Shown here one piece after another: positions 10,096 to 19,910 of a stretch of 64,000 nucleotides of DNA; position 1 is the stretch's first letter; each line of letters starts with the position of its first letter. The DNA is from Marinilabiliales bacterium. Its GTDB lineage: Bacteria; Bacteroidota; Bacteroidia; Bacteroidales; F082. The notes under the pieces were generated by a model. That model was not told the origin of the DNA, did not search any database, and worked only from the letters and a program-made list of their open reading frames with translations. A program made the position numbers and the translations under genes. The stretch lies in the NCBI GenBank assembly GCA_002869365.1, contig PKTA01000089.1, positions 5,048 to 69,047 of the forward strand, written 5' to 3'.

Positions 10096-10659
10096 ATGAC
10101 TGACGATTCGATATTATGTCTTGAGGAAGCCGAAGAAGGCATGAAACATTCCGTGGAACATTTAAAAAAGGCATTTCAAAAGATAAGAGCAGGAAAGGCC
10201 AGCCCTTCTATGTTAAGTGGTGTTTTAGTAGATTACTACGGCAGCATGACTCCCATTGAGAGAACTGCAAACATTAGCACTCCCGATGCAAGGATGATAG
10301 TAATTCAGCCATTCGACAAAAGTACCATTCATGAAATTGAAAAAGCCATAATGAATTCAGGATTAGGCTTTAACCCAATGAATGAAGGGGAATTACTAAG
10401 AATAAATGTGCCAGTATTAACCGAAGAAAGAAGACTTGAATTGGTAAAGCAAGCAAAGGCTGAAACTGAAGATACTAAGATAGGAATAAGAAATACCCGC
10501 AGGCAAGCCAATGATGAAGCAAAAAAATTAGAAAAAGAGGGAATTTCAGAAGATGAGGTAAAACAGTTGCTTGATGAAATTCAGAAAATAACAGACAAGT
10601 ATACTAAAATTGTTGATGATTATTTCGAAATGAAAGAAAAAGACATTTTAACCGTATAA
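10096..10659 (+). CDS. frr: ribosome recycling factor
   Basis: 187 aa. Typical RRF sequence (FQKIRAGKASPSMLSGVLVDYYGSMTPI ... IRNTRRQANDEAKK). Confidence 0.95.
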   Translation: MTDDSILCLEEAEEGMKHSVEHLKKAFQKIRAGKASPSMLSGVLVDYYGSMTPIERTANISTPDARMIVIQPFDKSTIHEIEKAIMNSGLGFNPMNEGELLRINVPVLTEERRLELVKQAKAETEDTKIGIRNTRRQANDEAKKLEKEGISEDEVKQLLDEIQKITDKYTKIVDDYFEMKEKDILTV

Positions 10660-10678
10660 AATATTATTTTATTTAAGT

Positions 10679-11344
10679 TTAATTATTGTCTTTAATTTGA
10701 GAACTTCTCTTTTCTTTCTTTTTTAAGTTTTGTTTTCTTTTGATATTTTTCACAAAATTGTAAACTATTTTTGCTACGTTAGAGGTAGTTACGAAAGTAT
10801 TATAAACATTTTGGAAAAAATGCTTACTGAGATTTTCTAAAGTATAGACCTCTCCCAATTCTCTAATTAATTCATTAAGTTTCTTCTCCTTATTTTGTAG
10901 CCTTTCTTTAGAGAAAGTTATTTTTGCATCAAGCATTTCTGATGATTCGAAAGTATCCTTTCTAACATTAGAATTTATATCATTAAATATGATATTTCCC
11001 AATGCTTTACGTACAGGTTTAAATATCAAGCCTTCCCGCGAGAAGAAAATAATCAATGCCAATAAGGCATAAAAACCTGCTACTATTAAATATCCTATGA
11101 ACATTTTATCGGTATTGCCTCCTGAATACCACCAAACAAAACCAAATGACAGGAATATCAATATTAGAGTTGCAAATAAGGCAAGTATCATTAACAAAGC
11201 AAGATAGGAGGTTAACTCCCCTATCTTCTTTGTAAAAATGAGTTTATTATATGCAAAAACTTGATCAAGGTAACTCTTTATCTCTTCTAAAGTTTCCCTC
11301 ATGGGAGCACCAAGATCAATTTTTTCAAAATGTTTATTAAACAT
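10679..11344 (-). CDS. hypothetical membrane protein (holin-X/DUF1469-like hairpin of two TM helices plus a coiled-coil tail)
   Basis: 221 aa. Two adjacent TM helices (LALLMILALFATLILIFLSFGFVWWY and FIGYLIVAGFYALLALIIFF). Its start overlaps the YtxH stop (TAATG). Confidence 0.5.
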   Translation of the reverse strand: MFNKHFEKIDLGAPMRETLEEIKSYLDQVFAYNKLIFTKKIGELTSYLALLMILALFATLILIFLSFGFVWWYSGGNTDKMFIGYLIVAGFYALLALIIFFSREGLIFKPVRKALGNIIFNDINSNVRKDTFESSEMLDAKITFSKERLQNKEKKLNELIRELGEVYTLENLSKHFFQNVYNTFVTTSNVAKIVYNFVKNIKRKQNLKKKEKRSSQIKDNN

Positions 11345-11604
11345 TACGCTTTTTTAGTGTCTTTACTTTTCACCTCTTCTACTTTCGACTTAACACTTTC
11401 AAGAGCTTCGGTAACAGTATCTTTAAATTCATCGAACTTATCGTGCAAGTCTTCTGTTAAATCTTTCGACTTATCCTGAAGTTTTTTACGTGTATCTTCT
11501 CCTGATTCGGGTGCGAAAAGCAATCCTGCAATAGCACCAACTGCTGCTCCTACTGTAATTCCAGCAAGGAAAGCAAATCCTGATCCTGAACAATTGTTAC
11601 TCAT
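11344..11604 (-). CDS. YtxH domain-containing protein
   Basis: 86 aa. Gly/Ala-rich N-terminal helix FLAGITVGAAVGAIAGLLFAPESGEDTRKKL followed by a charged helical tail, the typical YtxH pattern. Confidence 0.75.
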   Translation of the reverse strand: MSNNCSGSGFAFLAGITVGAAVGAIAGLLFAPESGEDTRKKLQDKSKDLTEDLHDKFDEFKDTVTEALESVKSKVEEVKSKDTKKA

Positions 11605-11642
11605 AATAATATTTTTTTAGTTATTAAATTAATTAATTTCCT

Positions 11643-12740
11643 TTACATTTTACTTGTCAAATACTTGATCAACTTCATGCGTTGCATAAATTGTCGAGCA
11701 ATGACTTTTATAACTGTGTAGGTAGGTACTGCAAGAATCATTCCAGCAATTCCTGAAATTTTTCCACCAATTATAATTGCCAAAAATATTTCCACAGGAT
11801 GTGCTTTTACACTTCTGGAATAAATTTGTGGTTGTAATACGAAATTATCAACCATATTTGAAGCGGCAAAAACACCTATAACAGTTATAATTGTATATAG
11901 TATGCTGTCGTAATCACCAACTCCAATAACTGACAAACTTGCGAGAACCACTCCAATTATCCCTCCTATCAGAGGTCCTAAATAAGGTATAACATTCATC
12001 AGGCCTCCAATAAATCCAATTAATATTGCATTTGGAATACCAAAAATTAACAAGCCTGTGGCCTCCAGGGTCATCATTATGCCAACCTCTATTAAAATCC
12101 CATGAAAATATCTTACCAATAGAAACTTGGAGTCGTGTAATACTTTTTCAACATTTTCAACATGCTTTTCAGGGGTAATAATTAATATTGATCTTTTCGC
12201 TAAATCGTTATCTAACAAGAAATAAAAGGTGAGAAAAAGGACAATAAATAAGCCCATTAATACGGAGCCTGTGCCACTAACCAAACTAGAAAAGAAGTTG
12301 GTAAACTGAGCCAGATCCACAACACCTGACAACTGACTTTTTAAGTATTCGCTAAAACTAGCCTGCGGGTCAACAACATTATATTGAACTAAAAATTTAT
12401 AAAATCCTGCCATCGACTCCTGAAAATATTTATTCATCCCGTCAATATCGATGGATGCAATAACATTGGCTTGCGATACAATTAATGGAACTATTAAAAC
12501 AAGAAATAATCCTACTCCTGTTACCATAGTAAGCAAAGTAATCCCGGCACTAAGCGAGTGGGGCATTTGTACTCTGCCAAACCTTATTTTATCGAGTTGT
12601 TTAACCAAAGGTGACCCAATCAAAGAAAAGAAAATAGCAGCTAAAATATATGCAACAATATCTAAAAAGTACCATCCCATAAAGATGATGATTGCTACTG
12701 CTGCCAAAGGCTTCAAATATTGAAGGTATTTGTCATCCAT
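11643..12740 (-). CDS. AI-2E family transporter (PerM/YhhT-like permease)
   Basis: 365 aa polytopic membrane protein. Conserved C-terminal part: IPYLGPLIGGI ... VLQPQIYSRSVKAHPVEIFLAIIIGGKISGIAGMILAVP. Confidence 0.8.
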   Translation of the reverse strand: MDDKYLQYLKPLAAVAIIIFMGWYFLDIVAYILAAIFFSLIGSPLVKQLDKIRFGRVQMPHSLSAGITLLTMVTGVGLFLVLIVPLIVSQANVIASIDIDGMNKYFQESMAGFYKFLVQYNVVDPQASFSEYLKSQLSGVVDLAQFTNFFSSLVSGTGSVLMGLFIVLFLTFYFLLDNDLAKRSILIITPEKHVENVEKVLHDSKFLLVRYFHGILIEVGIMMTLEATGLLIFGIPNAILIGFIGGLMNVIPYLGPLIGGIIGVVLASLSVIGVGDYDSILYTIITVIGVFAASNMVDNFVLQPQIYSRSVKAHPVEIFLAIIIGGKISGIAGMILAVPTYTVIKVIARQFMQRMKLIKYLTSKM

Positions 12741-12929
12741 TATTCTTCTGTTTTATACAATGTAAATTTACAAAAAAATACTTCCCCATTAGTGGTAAAT
12801 CTAAAATCAATAACGATAAGTGAGAAATTATAGTTTATAAGAGAGGAAAAACCTTATTTGCAATTCAATATTTCATGCAAGTATATGCTTTATAATCATT
12901 ATTCCAATAAAACAGAAATTAGGCAATTG

Positions 12930-15347
12930 CTAAAAACCATAAAACAAACTTATCTTATATGCAAAGTTCTTATAATTATCGTCGAAGGAATACGGGCCAT
13001 AACGATACATAATACCAAGACCTAAATCGTAAACCTGTAAATTTAAGAGTTTCCTTACCAAAAAACCGGATTCGTAATATCCCTTTTCCAGTGTTTTAAA
13101 ATCATAGTTTTTGTGGTTGGCTTTATTATCAAGTGAGCCAAAAGCAATATTTGTAATTAGCATTAGTTGGGGCTTGAAACTTCCAAATTTGAATAACAAT
13201 TCTCCAAAATCGTGAGTTAAAAATATATTTACATATCTATCGGATAAAAACTCATTTACCCTCATAGTTGAAAAACTAAAGGGAGCGTAAATTGTTAGTG
13301 GGTGAAATGTCCCTCTTGAGTTATATAAATTAGAAGCAGGTATTTCTCCGGAAATAAATCCCGTAGCCAACCTCCAGGTAAATTCACCCAAATAGTTAAT
13401 TTTATGAGTTTTCTGAACTTTAAAATCTAATCTGTTATAACTAAAATCACCACCTAAACCTAACAGTCCTGCAGAATAGTTAAACCATATTACGGGATAC
13501 TTAGAGCCAAAAGAAATTTGTCCTTTAGTAGTTTCTATTACTTTTTCTCTAAAAGAAAAACGAAAACCAATGTTTACTTCAGAGAAATTAAATTCTGTAA
13601 TTGGCGTTTGAGATTTAGAACTCGTAAAACTATAATCTTCAAAGGCTAACTTATTATTATATGTATAACCAACATTCCATTTGAAATCTCGCAGAGGTCG
13701 CAGTCTAAAGGAGTAGTTAATATTTCCGCCCCTGGTTTTATTCATCCTACTAATAAAAAATTTATAAAAGTAATCGGTATTCCACGATTGGAATTTATCA
13801 TCGAAAAACTCAACTTCACCACTTGCCTTAACAGTATTGTAAATATCTATATTTAATTCTGACTCAGAGCGTTTGTGTAATTTCAGTTTCAAATCCAAAC
13901 CATATTTTGCACTCTTATCTTTAAACCCATATCCCCAAAAGCCACCAAGTATTAGTTTTTTCGAAACCCTTTCATTAGTATGCAACCCCATGCCTAAATA
14001 AAGCCCTTCAAAGTCGTTATAATGAATAATCTTATCCAGGTCAAAGTCAAAAACCCATAGTGGTATCTTGCCAATTAATAATGTTTGAACTGTTGTTGCC
14101 AATTTGTCAAAATTTGCCTCTTTTCCTATGGAATCAATAACTCTATAGGTTTCCTTTTCACGTGCAGTTAAACTATCCACTCTGTATTCCCTCCAGAATT
14201 CTCCTTTTTTATTGGTTGCACCTTCTTCAATTTCAACCTCATGATATCCAAACTGAGATCGCTTAATTTTTGGATTTAAATCAACATCACGTATATAACT
14301 CCTTCCTTTTCCTATTAAAGGATAGGATGAATCGCCATTTGCAATAAGCATATTATTAAAAGTAATATCAGTATTCAACTGAAATGGAAACCACTGATTA
14401 TCTATGAGTTTATAAGCCTGTTGAATTTTAACAACTATTCCTGAACTATCATCTGGCGGTTGTGCTTTTACATTCTGTATTGCCCACTTATTTTGGTTGA
14501 TATATAAAAATCCTTTCATTCCATCGAAAAGAGAATTTATTTTGGGCCTGAAAGAAATCATAAATACTGTATCTCCCTGCTTGCTGTAGGTTGTGTCTTC
14601 TATAAGGAAAAAATATTTATTCTTGCTACCTCTGCTAACCGGATTAACATAACTTTTATTTAAAATGTTTATCTGTGGTTCATAGAATGATGTTGACTGG
14701 AGTTGTGAAATCATGAATGCAACTACAGGATCCTTAAAACCTGATACTCTGGTGGCTAATACGGTTTCCTGGTTTAAGTCGGGAGCCATATATTTTCTTT
14801 CAGTTACAGTTTCCAAAAGAAAAATATCTTGCTTTTTTAAAAGACTTTGCAATTTTCTTTCACTTGTATCAAGCAATGAAGAATCTTTCGCCATTAATGA
14901 ATCAGCAGCAATTGTAATGTTCATTTTGTCATATGAAACATAACTGAATTTCTTAATTTTTTTAGGATCATTTTTATCCCTATTTGCTAAAACGCTATCA
15001 ATAATTCTATGTGCCGGGTTTATGCCCGGAAAAACTTCAACCTCTTCCAGATTAAATGTTTTTGGCTGCATGAAAATATAGTGTACTACATCGCTTTTAC
15101 TAACTTCAATTGTTAGAGGCTCGTAACCAATGTATGATAAATGCAGATATTTTGTTTTCTCGTTTAGTGTAATTTCAAACTTACCATCAATATTTGTGGT
15201 AGCACCTCTCCCATTATCACTAACAATATTTACAAATGCCAATAACTGCTTTTTGTTTTTATCCTTTACAACTCCCTTATAAACAAATGCTTGAGAATAA
15301 ACTGTAAACGATAAGCAAATAAAGATAAAAAACAAAAGATTACGCAT
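12930..15347 (-). CDS. carboxypeptidase-regulatory-like domain plus DUF5686-type outer-membrane protein
   Basis: Signal peptide, then a CarbopepD_reg-like domain (VYKGVVKD...FVNIV...TTNIDGKFEI...LSYIGYEP). Long beta-rich body ending in an aromatic residue (FYGF). The ORF-track start at 15356 is a GTG; the ATG at 15347 (MRNLLFF) is preferred. Confidence 0.65.
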   Translation of the reverse strand: MRNLLFFIFICLSFTVYSQAFVYKGVVKDKNKKQLLAFVNIVSDNGRGATTNIDGKFEITLNEKTKYLHLSYIGYEPLTIEVSKSDVVHYIFMQPKTFNLEEVEVFPGINPAHRIIDSVLANRDKNDPKKIKKFSYVSYDKMNITIAADSLMAKDSSLLDTSERKLQSLLKKQDIFLLETVTERKYMAPDLNQETVLATRVSGFKDPVVAFMISQLQSTSFYEPQINILNKSYVNPVSRGSKNKYFFLIEDTTYSKQGDTVFMISFRPKINSLFDGMKGFLYINQNKWAIQNVKAQPPDDSSGIVVKIQQAYKLIDNQWFPFQLNTDITFNNMLIANGDSSYPLIGKGRSYIRDVDLNPKIKRSQFGYHEVEIEEGATNKKGEFWREYRVDSLTAREKETYRVIDSIGKEANFDKLATTVQTLLIGKIPLWVFDFDLDKIIHYNDFEGLYLGMGLHTNERVSKKLILGGFWGYGFKDKSAKYGLDLKLKLHKRSESELNIDIYNTVKASGEVEFFDDKFQSWNTDYFYKFFISRMNKTRGGNINYSFRLRPLRDFKWNVGYTYNNKLAFEDYSFTSSKSQTPITEFNFSEVNIGFRFSFREKVIETTKGQISFGSKYPVIWFNYSAGLLGLGGDFSYNRLDFKVQKTHKINYLGEFTWRLATGFISGEIPASNLYNSRGTFHPLTIYAPFSFSTMRVNEFLSDRYVNIFLTHDFGELLFKFGSFKPQLMLITNIAFGSLDNKANHKNYDFKTLEKGYYESGFLVRKLLNLQVYDLGLGIMYRYGPYSFDDNYKNFAYKISLFYGF

Positions 15348-15372
15348 ATTGATCACCAGAAGATAATTTTGT

Positions 15373-15380
15373 CAAATATA
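15373..15380 (-). promoter_or_regulatory. -7 box TATATTTG upstream of the DUF5686-like gene
   Basis: Exact match on the minus strand, 25 nt before the ATG at 15347. Confidence 0.4.
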
Positions 15381-15463
15381 AAAGGATTAAGGAAGTGTTA
15401 GGTTTAAAAGTTCTAAAATTATGGACATAATATAAGTATATTAATTATCCATGAAAAATCTGA

Positions 15464-15952
15464 TTAACCTTCTTCTCTCAAAGAATCATTCATAAAATCA
15501 TATAGTATTCTCAACTGTCTGTTCCCTTTTTTCTGACCATATTTTGCAGCAGCCAGAATAATTAACCAGGCTAATGCCGATGCAGGCATACTCCAAAGCC
15601 ACGGAGCTTTCATGCCTAATGACCATTGTGAAACCCCTAATGCGCATCCAAACAGAAACAAAACTATTACAACCGAATACATGAACATAAACATTGTCCA
15701 TATTTTTGGCTTAGGTCCGGCAACTGCTCTAATTAGAGAACCTGTTTCAGTTTCTTCCACAGTAATATGCAATTCGGGCGACCAATAGTGTTGAAACTCA
15801 GGTTTAATTTTTAAGTATGCATGATTCATTAATGTGCTCCCCTCCACAAATTCAGAAGTCTTCCGTAAATTTACCAGAAAGCCATCCATTATTTGAGCAA
15901 CACTTTTTGAGGATTCTAATTTATACCTTGGTCTTAACTTGAGAGAATCCAT
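15464..15952 (-). CDS. hypothetical membrane protein
   Basis: 162 aa. Soluble N-terminal half and two C-terminal TM helices. No motif recognised. Confidence 0.45.
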   Translation of the reverse strand: MDSLKLRPRYKLESSKSVAQIMDGFLVNLRKTSEFVEGSTLMNHAYLKIKPEFQHYWSPELHITVEETETGSLIRAVAGPKPKIWTMFMFMYSVVIVLFLFGCALGVSQWSLGMKAPWLWSMPASALAWLIILAAAKYGQKKGNRQLRILYDFMNDSLREEG

Positions 15953-15981
15953 AATTTACTATTTAGAATGAATCTTTATAG

Positions 15982-15989
15982 CAAAAATA
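15982..15989 (-). promoter_or_regulatory. -7 box TATTTTTG upstream of the 162-aa membrane protein gene
   Basis: Exact match on the minus strand, 29 nt before the ATG at 15952. Confidence 0.35.
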
Positions 15990-16105
15990 ACAAAAATGAT
16001 TACCAGAGGGTTAAAACTGATTTATGTCATTTATTTCAATTATGCTTGCTATTTGCAAAAGGTAAAAGAATAAATTTCATTCCTAAAGTTAATGGGATTA
16101 ATTAG

Positions 16106-16113
16106 TAATTTTG
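16106..16113 (+). promoter_or_regulatory. -7 box TAATTTTG upstream of purB
   Basis: Exact match, 17 nt before the ATG at 16131. Confidence 0.5.
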
Positions 16114-16130
16114 CAAAAAAGTATAATTAG

Positions 16131-17483
16131 ATGGACAATCCTATATTAAATAATATTTCTCCTATTGATGGAAGATATCACAATAAAACCAAGGAACTTG
16201 CAAATTACTATTCTGAATTTGCTCTTTTCAAATATAGAGTTAAGGTGGAGATTGAATACTTTATAGCCTTATGTGAATTGCCATTACCGGGAACAGAAAA
16301 ATTCAACCATGATAAATTTGATAGTTTAAGAAATATTTATCGGGAATTTAGGTTTGAAGATGCTGAATTAATAAAGCATAAGGAAAGTATTACTAATCAC
16401 GACGTAAAGGCTGTTGAATACTTTATAAAAGATAAGTTTGAAGAATTAGAAATTCCTGAATTTAAAGAGTTTATACATTTCGGATTAACATCGCAAGACA
16501 TAAATAATACAGCGGTACCTCTTTCCATAAAAGAATCTCATTACGAAGTTGTTATACCACTAATCGACGAATTGTTTAACAAGTTGAACGGATTGGCCTA
16601 TCAGTGGAAAGATGTTCCAATGCTGGCCAAAACACACGGTCAGCCAGCTTCTCCTACTAAATTAGGAAAAGAATTTTATGTTTTTTGTGAGCGATTAGAC
16701 AACCAACTCGACTTGCTGAAAACCATCCCGTTTTCAGGGAAATTTGGGGGTGCCACAGGTAATTTGAATGCACACCATATTGCTTATCCTTCTATAAGTT
16801 GGGAAGAATTTGCATGCGATTTTATGAATAATTCTTTGGGTATAAAGCGACAAAAAACAACAACTCAAATTGAACATTATGATTATATGGCTGCTTATTT
16901 TGATAATTTGGCCAGAATAAATACTATTCTAATCGACTTATGTCGTGATATATGGACCTATGTTTCGATGGACTATTTCAAGCAAAAAATTAAGGAAGGC
17001 GAGGTTGGTTCTTCTGCCATGCCGCATAAGGTAAACCCAATAGATTTTGAAAATGCTGAAGGAAATTTGGGAATTGCCAATGCAATTTTAAATCACTTAT
17101 CGGCAAAACTTCCAATTTCCAGATTACAAAGAGACCTAACCGACTCCACTGTTAGCAGAAATATAGGAGTTCCAATAGCTCATATGTTAATCTCCTTTAA
17201 ATCAATAATTAAAGGGCTCGAAAAATTGGTTTTAAATGAAGTAAAAATTAATGAGGATTTGGAAAATAACTGGGCAGTTGTGGCCGAAGCCATCCAAACT
17301 ATTTTAAGAAGGGAAAACTATCCGAATCCGTATGAAGCGTTGAAAGCATTAACCCGAACAAATCAGAAAATAAGTTCCGAAACTATACGTTCTTTTGTTG
17401 CCGAATTGGATGTTGATGATAATGTAAAAGAGGAATTGCTTGCAATAAGCCCTCAAACTTATACAGGAATTGATCTAATTTGA
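16131..17483 (+). CDS. purB: adenylosuccinate lyase
   Basis: 450 aa. Fumarate-lyase signature GSSAMPHKVNP. N-terminus ISPIDGRY is typical of PurB. Confidence 0.95.
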   Translation: MDNPILNNISPIDGRYHNKTKELANYYSEFALFKYRVKVEIEYFIALCELPLPGTEKFNHDKFDSLRNIYREFRFEDAELIKHKESITNHDVKAVEYFIKDKFEELEIPEFKEFIHFGLTSQDINNTAVPLSIKESHYEVVIPLIDELFNKLNGLAYQWKDVPMLAKTHGQPASPTKLGKEFYVFCERLDNQLDLLKTIPFSGKFGGATGNLNAHHIAYPSISWEEFACDFMNNSLGIKRQKTTTQIEHYDYMAAYFDNLARINTILIDLCRDIWTYVSMDYFKQKIKEGEVGSSAMPHKVNPIDFENAEGNLGIANAILNHLSAKLPISRLQRDLTDSTVSRNIGVPIAHMLISFKSIIKGLEKLVLNEVKINEDLENNWAVVAEAIQTILRRENYPNPYEALKALTRTNQKISSETIRSFVAELDVDDNVKEELLAISPQTYTGIDLI

Positions 17484-17496
17484 TACAACTGATTTT

Positions 17497-19317
17497 ATGA
17501 AAAAGTTTTACAGGGTACTTTCTTATATAAAACCATATTATGGTTATGCAGGATTAAATATATTTTTTAATGTATTAACTGTGGTTTTCTCTTTGTTTTC
17601 ATTTACCCTCCTTGTTCCATTTTTAAATTTGTTATTCGGACAGGAAGAACTTGTAAGTGTAAAACCAGTTTTGGAATTCAATACCCGATCCTTCCTCAAA
17701 TATTTAAATTATGAAATAAGTCAAATAATAATATCTGAAGGCAAAGTTCAAGCTCTAATATATATTTGCGGTGTTATTTTAGTTGCCTTTTTTCTTAGAA
17801 ATTTTGCACGTTTTATGGCCATGTATTTTATGGCAAACGTTAGAATAGGAGCCATAAAAGGACTCAGAAATGCTATTTACTCCAAAATACTTATTCTTCC
17901 TTTGGCATTTTTCAGTCAGCATAAAAAAGGAGATATTATTGCAAGAGTAACTACCGACATTCAGGAAGTTGAATTTTCAATAATGAACTACCTTGAAATG
18001 ATTGTTCGCGATCCGGTTACTATAATTGCATTCCTGATTTTCATGATAAGCATTAGCCCTCAACTAACATTATTTGTGCTTATCATACTACCCATTACAG
18101 GTTTCATTATTGGCAGAATAGGTAAAAGTTTAAGAAAGCAATCGAAAATAGGACAAAATTTATTTGCAGGTTTGCTATCTACTATCGAAGAAACCATTGG
18201 GGGATTAAGAATCATAAAGGCTTTTAATGCAATTGATTATACTGAAAGCCGTTTCATGAAATTCAATGAAGCATACTCAAAACTCTTAATATGGATATAC
18301 AGAAGGAGAGATATTTCTTCTCCACTAAGTGAGTTCTTATCTTCTGCAGTAATAATAGTTGTTTTATGGTTTGGAGGAAGAATGGTACTCGACGAAAATC
18401 CAACTATTGCAGCAGCCGACTTTATTACTTATATAGTTGTTTTTTCGCAAATAATACCTCCAGCTAAAACTTTTGCCCAGGGATTTTTCAGTATACAAAA
18501 AGGTATTGCCTCTGCGGAGAGAATATTTGAAATACTGGACGCTGACGAAGTTATAGAAGAAATTCCTAATGCAAAAGCAGTAGATGGTTTCAGAAAAGAA
18601 ATTGAATTCAGAAATGTGGTTTTCAGATATGAAAAGGAAGATGTTCTTAAAGATATTAATATAAAAATTCAAAAAGGAAAACTCACAGCCTTAGTTGGTG
18701 AATCGGGTGGAGGAAAATCGACAATGGCAGATTTGATACCGCGCTTTTATGATGTTACAGCAGGTGAAATTTACCTTGATGGGGAGAATATTAAAAACCT
18801 TAAAATAGAAGGCCTCAGGAAATTAATGGGAATAGTTTCTCAGGAGAGTATCTTATTCAATGATACCATTTTAAATAATATTGCTTTCGGTTTGGATAGT
18901 GTTTCCAAAGAAGAAGTGATTGCAGCTGCAAAAGTTGCCAATGCACATGAATTTATTCTCAATACCGATGACGGTTACGAAACCAATATTGGCGACAGAG
19001 GGGTGAAATTATCAGGCGGACAGCGTCAAAGGATTAGCATTGCCAGAGCAGTTCTTGCTAACCCTCCTATACTAATCCTCGATGAAGCAACATCTTCTTT
19101 AGATACGGAATCGGAGAAACTCGTGCAAGAAGCCCTTTTTAATATAATGAAGGATAGAACATCAATTGTTATTGCTCATCGCTTATCAACTATACAACAT
19201 GCCGATGAGATAATAGTTCTCAAGAAAGGAGAAATAGTTGAAAGGGGAACACATAAGGAGTTAATTGCTTTGGATGGAGTTTATAAAAGGCTACAGAACT
19301 TACAGTCTTTCAGTTAG
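17497..19317 (+). CDS. ABC transporter permease/ATP-binding fusion (MsbA-like exporter)
   Basis: 606 aa. Six-TM exporter domain, then Walker A GESGGGKST, signature LSGGQRQR and Walker B ILILDEATS. Confidence 0.88.
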   Translation: MKKFYRVLSYIKPYYGYAGLNIFFNVLTVVFSLFSFTLLVPFLNLLFGQEELVSVKPVLEFNTRSFLKYLNYEISQIIISEGKVQALIYICGVILVAFFLRNFARFMAMYFMANVRIGAIKGLRNAIYSKILILPLAFFSQHKKGDIIARVTTDIQEVEFSIMNYLEMIVRDPVTIIAFLIFMISISPQLTLFVLIILPITGFIIGRIGKSLRKQSKIGQNLFAGLLSTIEETIGGLRIIKAFNAIDYTESRFMKFNEAYSKLLIWIYRRRDISSPLSEFLSSAVIIVVLWFGGRMVLDENPTIAAADFITYIVVFSQIIPPAKTFAQGFFSIQKGIASAERIFEILDADEVIEEIPNAKAVDGFRKEIEFRNVVFRYEKEDVLKDINIKIQKGKLTALVGESGGGKSTMADLIPRFYDVTAGEIYLDGENIKNLKIEGLRKLMGIVSQESILFNDTILNNIAFGLDSVSKEEVIAAAKVANAHEFILNTDDGYETNIGDRGVKLSGGQRQRISIARAVLANPPILILDEATSSLDTESEKLVQEALFNIMKDRTSIVIAHRLSTIQHADEIIVLKKGEIVERGTHKELIALDGVYKRLQNLQSFS

Positions 19318-19842
19318 TTATTTCATTTGACGAAACCATTCAAACAAGGCAATACTTAGTGCATGTGTTACATTTAATGATGAAATTATACCGGGAATGG
19401 GAATATGAAGTACTTCATAAGAATGGTTGATAATTTCTGTTCTGATACCTTTAACTTCATTTCCAATTACAAAACATACTTTTTCAGGCATTTTAGTTCC
19501 AAAGATATTTTTAGATTTAGAAGAAGTTTCAATGGAAACTAACTGATAATCCGGTGGAATAATTTTACGGGCAGAAATAAAGTCGTCAACAAACAACCAT
19601 GGTATCTTTTTATCAGCACCACTTGCTGTTTTAGCAATTTTAAAAGTTTTAAAATCCTTTCCCCTTTCTGATATAAAGATAACTTTAAGAGCCCCTATAT
19701 TTGCTCCCAGTCGTATAATAGATCCCAAATTTTCGGGGGTCCGGATATCATCTGCTATAATAATAGGTCTGGAAAGAGACCTATATATATCTGAAGTTTT
19801 TAGGTCTTTAAAAAGTTCATATGAATTTGTTGATTCAACCAT
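19318..19842 (-). CDS. TrmH/SpoU family RNA 2'-O-methyltransferase
   Basis: 174 aa. SpoU motifs NLGSIIRLGANIG, FVIGNEVKGI and IPIPGIISSLNVTHALSIALFE. Confidence 0.8.
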   Translation of the reverse strand: MVESTNSYELFKDLKTSDIYRSLSRPIIIADDIRTPENLGSIIRLGANIGALKVIFISERGKDFKTFKIAKTASGADKKIPWLFVDDFISARKIIPPDYQLVSIETSSKSKNIFGTKMPEKVCFVIGNEVKGIRTEIINHSYEVLHIPIPGIISSLNVTHALSIALFEWFRQMK

Positions 19843-19853
19843 AGAGTAAAAAT

Positions 19854-19890
19854 AAAAAAAGCTTCCATATAGTAAAATATGGAAGCTTTT
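19854..19890 (-). terminator. intrinsic terminator after the 814-aa T9SS cargo gene
   Basis: Perfect 14-bp arms aaaagcttccatat (19857..19870) and atatggaagctttt (19877..19890). 6-nt loop. A T-run follows on the minus strand. Confidence 0.8.
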
Positions 19891-19910
19891 ATTTAGAGTT
19901 AAATATCTAA

